A DNA stretch of 64,000 nucleotides from the NCBI GenBank assembly GCA_964016885.1, contig OZ024741.1, positions 379,068,001 through 379,132,000 of the forward strand. Direction: 5' to 3'. The notes under the pieces were generated by a model. It saw only the letters and a list, made by a program, of their open reading frames with translations. It searched no databases and was not told the DNA's origin. Below are positions 13,060 to 28,049 of the stretch, in pieces. The translations under genes were made by a program, and so were the position numbers. Position 1 is the stretch's first letter. Every line of letters begins with the position of its first letter. The stretch is from Eledone cirrhosa. Its lineage: Eukaryota.

Positions 13060-14795
13060 AAGATATGTATATCTATATGTATATGTATATGTGTGTATTG
13101 TATGTGTATCTGTATGTATATTTATGTGACTATATATGTATGTATGTGTATATATATGTATATATATATATATATGTGTGTATATGTATATATATGTGTA
13201 TGTGTATGTATATGTATATGTATGCGTATTAATTTTGATTTTTATTTGCATATAATTATATTATGCTATTGATGAAATACAATATCTGCTTTATGTATTG
13301 TATACCTAATTAACATATACTAATTAACGTATACTATTGAAATAAATATATAATTTTTAATTTAGTTAACATATAATTTATATGCTACTACCGATGTAAT
13401 ACTTTATTTTATTTTTATTTGGGTTTCTTTTCCCTATTACTAAATTCATCTCCTAATATTGATACCATAACGTTATTAACTTTAATTTGGTTATAATGTA
13501 ATTAATAATCTACTACTGTTTGACTTCATAATTTTGCTTCAAATATTATAAACCTAACTAATTTACACCTTGGAAATCAATATGTTGACTATCTTTGGTT
13601 TAGTTAACATATGATTAATGGTATATTTTTTTATTTTGGGATGCATAGATTTCGTATTTCCTAGCACTGAAAATATGTAAGAACATACATTGAATTAAGA
13701 TACGGAAAATATTATATGTTTCTTGAAACATATATTTACTTTGATCCCCTTCTCCAAACCCCCCCTTTCCCCCATACTATTATCATCTGTTTTTGTAAGA
13801 GTATATGTATGAATATATGTGTAGGTGGGTGTCTATATAGGTTTTGGTATTTATTTCTAAATATAAAAATACATATATGAGCATGTAAATATGAATGTAA
13901 GATTGAGTGTGTATATATGATTGTACATACATATGTATGTATATATATGTATATATATGTATTATATATGTATGTGTATGTGAATGTGTGGTATGTATAT
14001 GTGTATGTATATGTATATATGTGTATGTATGTGTATGCTTGTATATAGGAATATATATATGTGTATATATGTATGTATATGTATATGCGTGGTTGTATGT
14101 ATGTGTATATGGGTTCTGTATATATTTGTATGTCTCTCTATTTATATGTTTATCTTCGTATCTATGTGATATATGTGTGTGTGTGTGCATATATGCATAT
14201 GTATGTGTTTGTGTGTGTTTGTATGTGTGTGTGTGTATATATATATGTATTTGCGCACACTCACATACACATATATATATATATGTATATGTGAGTGTGT
14301 ATGTGTGTCTGTGTGTGTGTGTGTGTGTGTATGTGTATATATATATGTATATATATGTATATGTATGTATGTGTATATATATAGATATATATATATATAT
14401 ATATATATGTATATGTGTATATAGGTGTCTATGTGTGAATATATGTCTTTATTCGTATGTGTGTATTTATGTATGTATATGTTTAGGTGTATGTATGTAT
14501 GTGTATGTATGTGTGTGTATATATATATGTATATGTATATATGTATATGTGTGTATGTATGTATATATATATGTATATATTATTCTTTATTATTATTGTA
14601 ATATAACTTATGTGTATATGTGTATAAGTGAGGTTGTGTATGTATATATACTATGTGTATATATAAGAGTAATGAAATATATATATATATATATATATAT
14701 ATGTGCATGTCTGTTTTTTATGTGTGTGTATATATATATATGTGTATGTGTATATATGTGTATATATATATATATATGTGTACGTGTGTGTATGT

Positions 14796-14829
<34 letters not shown>

Positions 14830-14942
14830 GTGGGTGTTTGTATGTATATTTATGGTGGTATGAGTGTGGAGATATATATGTTTGTATATATGTGTGTATA
14901 TGTATATATATATATATATATGAGTCTATGTGTGTGTGTATA

Positions 14943-14987
<45 letters not shown>

Positions 14988-15170
14988 ATGTGTGTATGTG
15001 TTGCGCGTGAGTGTGTGTGTATTTATATCTTTTTATATGTGTATGTGTATGTTCGTGTAAATGTATGTGTGTGTATGACAGTATAGGTATGTGTGTATGT
15101 ATGTATGTGTAAATATCTCTATGTGCGCGTACATGTATGTATGTGTATGTATATCTGTAAGTGTATGTAC
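13060..15170 (+). repeat. Cryptic (TA/TG)n low-complexity tracts inside the PLE 3' UTR (mirrored at about 6450-8550)
   Basis: The tracts lie between the ORF stop and the terminal ribozyme and are duplicated almost base for base in the inverted arm. Confidence 0.9.
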
Positions 15171-15745
15171 ATTTATTATATTTTATTGTTTTTATTTTTT
15201 TATTTTTCTTAATTTATAGATACATTTATATTAGGCTGTCTGGTCTGACAATCTAATACTGACCCCTCCCCCCCCCTCCCACCTAATTTCTGTATCTTGA
15301 TCTTGAAATGTGTGTACCAGTGTTTTTATGTGAGTGACTTAATTTCTATTTGCTTATGATTTTGTATCCACATATATAAATGTGAGTGCGGGAGTGTGTG
15401 TGTTTGTATGTTCGTGGTTATGTGTATATTTATGCATATACGCACATGTATGTGTGATTATACTGATATGTGTGAGTATGAAAAAAATATATTTATATGC
15501 TTGACTCCATAAGTATCTTTGCGTATCTTATCAGCGCATTAAGCTTACAGAGATATTAACCTTGAAATTTTGTGTTTGCATCCATCTTTTTAGTATACAC
15601 ATACAAATTATACACACATTATTGTAAAATATGTGTAAGGTTTTTGCATGTGTGTACACACACCAAACTGCTTTTAACCCTTTGTGTTTTCATTGGTCAA
15701 TTTTGAACTGATATTTTGAATTGTTGTTATTATCAATAAATATAC

Positions 15746-15900
15746 TTCATTATTTCTGAAGACGGCGTATATATGAGTTAGGTATGTATATTTAATCTTG
15801 ATAATTTGTATAATTTTGTATAATTTTGTACATAGATCTGTTAAATATGCATACCAATTATAACACATGTATGCCCTAGAAACGATCGTTAAATAGTGAA
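15746..15900 (+). ncRNA. Type I hammerhead ribozyme motif with 116-nt helix II; predicted cleavage after GUU at 15890
   Basis: Helix I is ttcattattt (15746-55) with aaatagtgaa (15891-900), 10 bp with one G-U. CTGAAGA at 15756-62 and GAAA at 15879-82. Minimal helix III with palindromic CGATCG. Confidence 0.8.
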
Positions 15901-15994
15901 CTTTTTTTGTTTTTTGTTTAATATAAGGAATTGTTTGTTCATTATTTGTTTAATATTTTATATATATATATATATATATATAATAGATATATAT

Positions 15995-16742
15995 TCTAGC
16001 GCGTCCGGGTAAAGGTTTTTTATTCATTTATATTATTATTTGTCTGACCCGAATTTTCCTAGTCGTTTTTTTCGGTTGTGCGATTGATTTTAAGCATTGT
16101 TTCCGTGTGTTGGTATTTAAACGATAGTTATAGCTCTGGTTTATCCAAACTATTGAGCCCTTTGCCACGCATTTCGAAGATTGTGTTTCGTTATTTCGTG
16201 GCCGATATTCCGATTCTCCATAATTTATTTGTATTTATCTCCAGTCTTTAGCTATTGACCAATTAATTTTATTGATTTTTAGTTGATCTTATTGACTGAT
16301 GAATAGCTCATGTTAATGTTAACCCGTCTGTTGAGAACTCTAAATCGATATGTGATATTTTGTATTTTTACAAATATATACACTGCCGAATTCATTCGCC
16401 TAATATAGGGGTTCCCTCCCTTGCAAGATCCCACGTGGATTTAGTAACGGGTTCTTCTGTATATTCGAACGAAATGCCTGTTGAGAAAGTGGTTTTCCTC
16501 GTTCATCTTTCTGACAGAAGCCGAATATTTTTTTTATGTAAGCTGACGGTAAGTGATTTAGGAACCGCAGAAACTAAAAAGCTTGATTTTACAAGCATTC
16601 TAGCGCGTCCGGTTATAGATTTTTCATTCATTTATATTATTATTTCTGTGACCTGAATTTTCTTGGTCGTTTTTTTCGGCTGTGCGAGTGATTTTAAGCA
16701 TTGTGTCCGTGTGTTGGTATTAAACGATAGTTATAGCTCTGG
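15995..16742. repeat. Non-coding 604-bp unit with about 145-bp direct terminal repeats (A-B-A), copy 1
   Basis: tctagcgcgtccgg...gttatagctctgg occurs at 15995-16139 and again at 16599-16742. Confidence 0.85.
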
Positions 16743-17447
16743 GGAACTAAAAGGACGAAAAAACGGGTCAGTACTATACGAACATGCTAGACAACATAGA
16801 AATTAGAATAATATCTAAACACAGAAATGACCCAGCAGATAGGCAAATGAGAGAGGCCAGTGAAATAGAAATTAGAAGACCAAGGCTAAACAGAAAGAAT
16901 GAATGGAAAAAACAAACACCCAAACAAACAACACTGACCTAAGAGAAGTAAAAATAAGTAAATAAAATAAAATAAATAAATAAATAAATAAATAAATACA
17001 TACACAAAGCACAATAACAACAAGCACATAAACACAGACTAGTCACCCATCACACAGCAAACAAAACACTATACACACACGCAAACGCATGCGCAAAGAA
17101 GACAAAATAAAATAAACAAACAAACAAATAAATAAATATATAGACAGACTGGATAAAAAAGGCGTAGACATACAATACAACAGGAGGAAAATATAGCACC
17201 ACTGACTATGTTGCAGATGTGCAACGAAAGATTTATGATAAACTATATATATGTATTTGTGTCTATATTGTATCTATATTATTTTTGAACACCGGTCAGT
17301 CAATGGCAACATTGAGGACCGAGTATATTAGATTACCCTTATAAAAGACACAGAAGCGAGAAGCGAAAACCAACCAAACGGTGAGTGTGTTCTGTTAATA
17401 ATTCTGGCAATATTACACAAATATAACCCTCCCCAAGTATAACAATA
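16743..17447 (+). mobile_element. 5'-truncated PLE: GIY-YIG C-terminus, 3'UTR and pseudo-LTR (related to 55262-57060)
   Basis: Translates as ELKGRKNGSVLYEHARQ...KHRNDPADRQMREASEIEIRRPRLNRKNEW. Degenerate HHR ctgacta-tgttgca/tgcaac-gaaa at 17202-17229. The end accctccccaagtataacaatat is shared with about 55320 and 63960. Confidence 0.85.
17340..17386 (+). promoter_or_regulatory. Candidate pseudo-LTR TATA box and 5' splice donor
   Basis: TATAAAA at 17340 and cg|GTGAGT at 17381. Penelope pLTRs are known to carry the promoter and a 5'UTR intron. Motif match only. Confidence 0.35.
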
Positions 17448-17465
17448 TATATATATATATATATT

Positions 17466-17542
<77 letters not shown>

Positions 17543-17594
17543 TATATATATATATATATATTATTTATTATATATATATATATATATATATTTA

Positions 17595-17783
17595 TAATTG
17601 TTTCTACTTTAGGCACAAGGCCAGCAATTACCCATTGCATTACTGGTACTTTATTTTATCGACCCCGTAAGGATGAAAGGCAAAGTCAACCTCAGCGGGA
17701 TTTGAACTCAGATCGTAAAGGGACGTAACTATACTGGAAAGCATGGCGTCCGACCCTCTACCGATACTGCCAATCCACCGCCC
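17595..17783 (-). mobile_element. tRNA-derived SINE (Nin-domain-like)
   Basis: Reverse complement has A box tggcagtatcgg, B box gagttcaaatccc and body gcctttcatccttacggggtcgataaaataaagtacc. Further copies at 47083, 58972 and 63111. Confidence 0.88.
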
Positions 17784-19597
<1,814 letters not shown>

Positions 19598-20193
19598 TCT
19601 AGCGCGTCCGGGTAAAGGTTTTTTATTCATTTATATTATTATTTGTCTGACCCGAATTTTCCTAGTCGTTTTTTTCGGTTGTGCGATTGATTTTAAGCAT
19701 TGTTTCCGTGTGTTGGTATTTAAACGATAGTTATAGCTCTGTTTATCCAAACCATTGAGCCCTTTGCCACGCATTTCGAAGATTGTGTTTCGTTATTTCG
19801 TGGGCCGATATTCCGATCCTCCATAATTTATTTGTATTTATCTCCAGTCTTTAGCTATTGACCAATTAATTTTATTGATTTTTAGTTGATCTTATTGACT
19901 GATGAATAGCTCATGTTAATGTTAACCCGTCTGTTGAGAACTCTAAATCGATATGTGATATTTTGTATTTTTACAAATATATACACTGCCGAATTCATTC
20001 GCCTAATATAGGGGTTCCCTCCCTTGCAAGATCCCACGAAGATTTAGTAACGGGTTCTTCTGTATATTCGAATCGAAATGCCTGTTGAGAAAGTGGTTTT
20101 CCTCGTTCATCTTTCTGACAGAAGCCGAATATTTTTTTATGTAAGCTGACGGTAAGTGATTTAGGAACCGCAGAAACTAAAAAGCTGGATTTT
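19598..20193. repeat. A-B unit copy 2, truncated by the gap
   Basis: Near-identical to 15995-16590. Confidence 0.9.
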
Positions 20194-20393
20194 NNNNNNN
20201 NNNNNNNNNNNNNNNNNNNNNNNNNNNNNNNNNNNNNNNNNNNNNNNNNNNNNNNNNNNNNNNNNNNNNNNNNNNNNNNNNNNNNNNNNNNNNNNNNNNN
20301 NNNNNNNNNNNNNNNNNNNNNNNNNNNNNNNNNNNNNNNNNNNNNNNNNNNNNNNNNNNNNNNNNNNNNNNNNNNNNNNNNNNNNNNNNNNNN
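20194..20393. other. Assembly gap (200 N)
   Basis: Run of N. Confidence 1.
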
Positions 20394-20412
20394 TATATTA
20401 TTATGTAAATAT

Positions 20413-20476
<64 letters not shown>

Positions 20477-20616
20477 ATATATATATATATACATAATATA
20501 TATATGTATATATATGTGTAAATCTAATATATATATGTATATATATACATATATATATATATATATAATATATACATATATATATAATATATATATGTAT
20601 ATGTATGAGTAAATAT

Positions 20617-20703
<87 letters not shown>

Positions 20704-20710
20704 TATATAT

Positions 20711-22187
20711 TCTAGCGCGTCTGGGTAAAGGTTTTTCATTCATTTATATTATTATATGTCTGACCCGAATTTTCCTAGTCGTTTTTTTCGGGTGTGCGAG
20801 TGATTTTAAGCATTGTCTCCGTGTGTCGGTATTTAAACGATAGTTATACCTCTGGTTTATCCAAACGATTGAGCCCTTTGCCACGCATTTCGAAGATTGT
20901 GTTTCGTTATTTCGTGGGCCGATATTCCGATTCTCCATAATTTATTTGTATTTATCTCCAGTCTTTAGCTATTGACCAATTAATTTTATTGATTTTTTGT
21001 TGATCTTATTGACTGATGAATAGCTCATGTTAATGTTAACCCGTCTGTTGAGAACTCTAATTCGATATGTGATATTTTGTATTTTTACAAATATATACAC
21101 TGCCGAATTCATTCGCCTAATATAGGGGTTCCCTGCCTTGCTAGATCCCACGTGGATTTAGTAACGGATTCTTCTGTATATTCGAACGAAATGCCTGTTG
21201 AGAAAGTGGTTTTCCTCGTTCATCTTTCTGCCAGAAGCCGAATATTTTTCATGTAGGCTAACGGTAAGTGATTTAGGAACCGCAGTAACTAAAAAACTGG
21301 ATTTTACAAGATTCTAGCGCGTACGGGTAAAGATTTCTCATTCATTTATATTATTATTTGTCTGACCCTAATTTTCCTGGTCGTTTTTTTCGGCTGTGCG
21401 AGTGATTTTAAGCATTGTGTCCATGTGTTGGTATTTAAACGATAGTTATAGCTCTGGGGGGGAACTAAAAGGACGAAAAACGGTTCAGTACTATACGAAC
21501 ATGCTAGACAACAACATGACGGTAACATAGACAACATAGAAATTAGAATTATATCTAAACACAGAAATGACCCAGCAGATAGGCAAATGAGAGAGGCCAG
21601 TAAAATAGAAATTAGAAGACCAAGGTTAAACAGAAATAATGAATGGAATAACAACAACACCCAAACAAACAACACTGACCTAAGAGAAGTATAAATAAGT
21701 AAATAAAATAAATTAAATAAAGAAATAAATAAATACATACACAAGCACAATAACAACAAGCACTTAAACACACACTAGTCACCCATCACACAGCAAACAA
21801 AACACTATACACACACGCAAACGCATGCGCAAAGAAGACAAAATAAAATAAACAAACAAGCAAATAAATAAATAAATATTTAGACAGACTGAATAAAAAT
21901 GGCGTAGACATACAATACAACAGGAGGAAAATATAGCACCACTGACTATGTTGCAGATGTGCAACGAAAGATTTATGATAAACTATATATATGTGTTTGT
22001 GTCTATATTGTATCTGTATTATTTTTGACCACCGGTCAGTCAATGGAAAACATTGAGGACCGAGTATATTAGATTACCGTTATAAAAGACACAGAAGCGA
22101 GATGCGAAAACCAACCAAACAGTGGGTGTGTTCTGTTATTAATTCTGGCAATATTACACAAATATAACCCTCCCCAAGTATAACAAT
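20711..22187. mobile_element. Composite copy 3: A-B-A unit (20711-21457) plus 5'-truncated PLE 3' end (21458-22187, plus)
   Basis: Colinear with 15995-17447 but diverged by several percent. It keeps a segment (QQHDGNIDN) that is deleted in copy 1. Confidence 0.88.
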
Positions 22188-22236
22188 ATATATATAAATA
22201 TATATTTATGATATATATATATATACATATATATAT

Positions 22237-22304
<68 letters not shown>

Positions 22305-22468
22305 ATATATATATATATATATATATTTATAATATATATATATATATAAATATTTATAATATATATATATATATATATATATTTATAATATATATACATA
22401 TATATATATTTATAATATATATATACATATATATATATATTTATTATATATATATATATATATATATT

Positions 22469-22505
<37 letters not shown>

Positions 22506-22637
22506 ATATATATACACATATATATATTTATAATATATATATATATATTTATAATATATATACATATATATATATTTATAATATATATATACATATATAT
22601 ATATATTTATTATATATATATATATATATATATTTAT

Positions 22638-22669
<32 letters not shown>

Positions 22670-22691
22670 ATATATATACACATATATATAT

Positions 22692-22741
<50 letters not shown>

Positions 22742-22916
22742 ATACATATACATACATATATATTTATAATATATATACATTTATATATATTTGTAATATA
22801 TATATATATATCTATTTATAATATATATATATATTTATTTAAAATAGACATATATGTATATATATATATATAGTGTATATATATATATATATATAATATA
22901 TATATAAAATATATAT

Positions 22917-22968
<52 letters not shown>

Positions 22969-22995
22969 ATATATATATATATGTATATATATATA

Positions 22996-23026
<31 letters not shown>

Positions 23027-23044
23027 ATATATATATATATGTAT

Positions 23045-23111
<67 letters not shown>

Positions 23112-23765
23112 TATATAATATATATATATAATATATATATCTATATATATATATATAATATATATATCTATATATATATATAATATATATATATAATATA
23201 TATATCTATATATATATATATAATATATATATCTATATATATATATATAATATATATATCTATATATATAATATATATATCTATAATATATATCTATAAT
23301 ATATATATCTATATATATAATATATATATATATATATAATATAATATCTATATATATATATATAATATAATATCTATATATAATATATATATAATATAAT
23401 ATCTATATATATATATATATAATATATATATCTATATATATATATAATAAAATATATATATATATATAATATAATATATATATATAATATATATATATAT
23501 TATATATATATATAAGGAACGATCGACTTTCATCAAATCGGACCGAGGAAACCATGTTTCCGTTGGTCTATCAAATTTCTAATACTATCTATCGGTCGCA
23601 ACTCCAGGTAGAAGGAGCAACGTGAAATAAAATGTCTTGCTCAAGGACATAACGCATCGCCCGGTCCAGGAACTGAACTCACAACCTCACGATTGCGAAT
23701 CCAATTATCTAACCACTCAGCCACACGCCTTTTATATATATATATATAATATATATATATATATC

Positions 23766-23812
<47 letters not shown>

Positions 23813-23936
23813 GTATATATATATATGTTATATATATGTATATATATATATAATATATATATGTATATCTCTTTTACTCTTTTACCTGTTTCAGACACCC
23901 GGGTGAGGCCTTGCTGGGGCACCATATATATATATA

Positions 23937-23969
<33 letters not shown>

Positions 23970-23996
23970 TAATATATATATATGTATATATATGTT

Positions 23997-24029
<33 letters not shown>

Positions 24030-24059
24030 ATACAATATATATGTATATATATATATATG

Positions 24060-24091
<32 letters not shown>

Positions 24092-24152
24092 ATATATATA
24101 TATATATGTATATATATATGTATATATATATATATATATAATATATATACAT

Positions 24153-24214
<62 letters not shown>

Positions 24215-24247
24215 TAATATATATATGTATATATATGTTTAAATATA

Positions 24248-24279
<32 letters not shown>

Positions 24280-24399
24280 TATGTATATGTATGTATAAAT
24301 ATAATATATATATGTATATATCTATATATATGTATATATATATGTATATATGTATATATATATATCTATTTATATATATAATATATATCTATATAGATG

Positions 24400-24431
<32 letters not shown>

Positions 24432-24461
24432 ATATATATCTATATATATGTATACATCTAC

Positions 24462-24523
<62 letters not shown>
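22188..24523. repeat. Interrupted (TA)n arrays (contain a SINE)
   Basis: Seen directly. Confidence 0.93.
23515..23730 (-). mobile_element. tRNA-derived SINE of a second family with a CORE-like domain
   Basis: Reverse complement has A box tggctgagtgg, B box gagttcagttcc and CORE-like tgtccttgagcaagacattt. Confidence 0.75.
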
Positions 24524-24530
<7 letters not shown>

Positions 24531-24651
24531 TTAGTTAAGCAAAACAAGACCACAAATTTCACAAAGAAGACATTATTAAAAGAATGTCAACATATTTAGT
24601 TTGATGTAAGGAATGTAGAGAATAATAATAATATTAATAATAATAATAATT

Positions 24652-24784
24652 TCCGTTTACAATTGTTTCGCTACTCCGTATAATATTTCTGGATCTGATG
24701 ACTACGTATCATAATTGATCTGGTTCATTTGAAAATAATTAACATATTTAAAAAAACAGTGTGGCTCATCGGAACTCAAAGGAA
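24652..24784 (-). ncRNA. Hammerhead motif with 96-nt helix II and CCGAUGA core
   Basis: Reverse complement reads gtt-CCGATGA-gccacactgt...acggagtagc-GAAA-CAATTG-TA-aac, with a palindromic helix III and a GUA site. Confidence 0.65.
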
Positions 24785-25142
24785 TATAAATTAAAATAAT
24801 GTTACATAATATAATGTTCCATATATTAGTTTTTACTATGGTGCTTTTGTTTCATCAGCTGTTAGCTATAATCAAGCAGTACTCATCCGTCGAGGCTGCA
24901 TTGTGTGAGATCTGTCTATGGGTAACAAGATGTCTGCCAAAGGGCATATTTACCTTACTAATTAGAGGGTGGTTTCAGGGGAAGCAACTTCTCGAGAGAT
25001 TAGAGATTGTGTGTATTTTATAGTTAAGTCCTAGTATTTAAATTATTTAATTGAGAGACAATGTAGGGAAGGTAACTTATAATTATCGACTTGTTCATAG
25101 CAATTTAACTTATTAACTACAATTAGAGATGGGGCTACATGG

Positions 25143-26640
25143 CTAAGTTGGGTCAAAAACTCTATTGGCGAAGGAATTAGCCCTTCGATGTTGACAGCTA
25201 ATGGTTACATCAGTTATATCGTTAATTGCTAGAGGTCTTGATAGAGTTATGTAATACGTTTCCGTAACACAGAGATCACAAGATATCCTTCGTCCATTGA
25301 ACGGTTGTGCCCTAGCTACGATATCCCATTTTAGTGAGTGTTGAACTTTGTTTAATTTAAGATTTTTAATGAGCCTAGCTAACGATGTCGAACATCTGTT
25401 GTTAGGGTCTCGGAAGGAAAAAGAGTGCGCGTTATAGCGTACCTTAAAAGGGTTACAGGTAGACCCGATGTAAGAGCTGGTATTCGAAGCAGTCTCAACT
25501 GTGCACCTATAGACTATGTTGGGTGTCAGGCAGTGTCCATTTAATGGGCATGCATTGGGGTAGCGGCAGTTGCAGTTGCTTCTGCGGTTAGTGAGAGTAG
25601 GGTTATTTAACCTAAGCAGTTGGTCCGTGCTAGAATGATTAGATGGGGGAGGTGTGCTACTAGAGTAATTATTGGTGTAGTGGCGTGGTGTATTTGTTAG
25701 GGGTGGTGGTACCGCGGTGTGGGAGTTATAGTGTCTTAGCTTATGATGGTTACTGAACGCGATGTGGCTAGCTAGGTTAGGTGTAGAGGAGAATGAGATT
25801 TTAATGTTGTTTTTATTAAAGAGTTTGTAATATATATGGTTAGGGGGGATGTGTTTGGATAGGATAGAGAAGAAGCGATTGGGGATATTAGTGGCTAGAT
25901 TAGATGAGAATGGTGGGTTAAGCCAGGTGATATTTCTAGGCCTATTCTTTCTAGGGGTTCTAGTGGAGTTGGTAGGGGCCTTCCTAGGGTTATTAATACC
26001 TGGGGGTTTGTTATTTGTCATCCTATTTCTCATTCCTATTCTAGGGTTGATTCTTAATTTGCTACTAGGAGTGGGGAGCAGGCCGCTGCCACCATTAATG
26101 TTCCCTGTATAGGTGCTGTTACTGCTAAAATTCCGGCGAATCTGGCTATATGCTAAGTTATTACTAGTTCTAGTGTTAAGGTTATTATGGTGAGTTGCTG
26201 TGTTATGGCATTTTGGTATGTAATAAATTGATTGTTTATAACCAGATTCATAAGAGCCTTAATATAATATTGTGCGTGGTTTATGAATATCTCTTCATTT
26301 GCATTGCATTGAGATCCTATAGGAGATAGATTTGATTACTGCTCTGATGACTGCCGGTGGGTGGTTAGAGTGTGGGCTAATATATGTGAGTATTTCGCCT
26401 GGTTTATGGTAAGGGTTATAAAGGTTATTGTTGAGATCAAGGGTGACGTCTAGGAAGTTTACTACTTTATGGTTCAGCTCGATGGTGATAGAGAGACCGT
26501 TATTTTTGAAGAATCTATGAAATTGTTTCTTAAGCAAATCGATTCCCCGATTAGTGCAATTGTGGACTGCAAATAGGGCGTTGTCCCTGTATATTCCACC
26601 TTGCATGGGTTGGATTTCGGCTCTGATGTTACGTAATAGG
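25143..26640 (-). pseudogene. Disrupted PLE RT thumb and GIY-YIG ORF
   Basis: ORFs 26295-26654 and 25143-26033 are homologous to the 10142-12583 protein, with frameshifts between them. Confidence 0.9.
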
Positions 26641-27021
26641 TTAATTATTTTCAACTGAACCAGATCAATTATAATACATAGTCATCTGATCCAGAAATAT
26701 TATACGGAGTAGCGAAATAATTGTAAACGGGCATTATTATTATTATTAATATTATTATTATTACTATTCTCTACATTCCTTACATCAAACTAAATATGTT
26801 GACAATCTTTAAAAAATATATTCCTTGTGAAATTTGTGGTCTTGTTTTGCTTAACTAATGAATATTTCCAGCTCTGTGCACCTAACCTCTGCATCAACCC
26901 AGCCACCTAGCTGCTTTCTACTGCATATTGCACATTCGGCTTCTAACTAACTCACCAATCTCTCCTCTCATATCTCCTCTACTATCTCAATATCTCTCTT
27001 TAAGATAGGTTACTCTTGAAC

Positions 27022-27955
<934 letters not shown>

Positions 27956-28049
27956 CCAAGGTAAAATTCGTTATTGAGTGTTTCCATTCCTTCCTTGCAC
28001 AAAAATGGAAGGTCCAATTCATTTTATCTTTGGGTTTGTAACCATCCAC

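Larger units (their letters stand above)
5531..15960. mobile_element. Young composite PLE insertion (probably Hydra clade): inverted 5'-truncated copy (5531-9691, minus) joined head-to-head with a full-length copy (9788-15960, plus)
   Basis: 5667-9691 is the near-perfect reverse complement of 11921-15960, and 5531-5666 matches 9850-9985. 9788-9849 is a direct repeat of the 3' end (pseudo-LTR). Both ends abut (TA)n. Confidence 0.95.
24524..27028. mobile_element. Second Hydra-like PLE family: 5'-truncated minus copy (24524-26640) plus inverted terminal arm with tail (26640-27028)
   Basis: Minus ORFs contain GGIYRDN, VNFLDVTLDL, YHKP..SNHP, CNCRYPNACPLNGHC, IVY...YIGST..FKVRY and CDLC..E. 26640-26865 is the reverse complement of 24524-24745. 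TA flanks. Confidence 0.92.
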
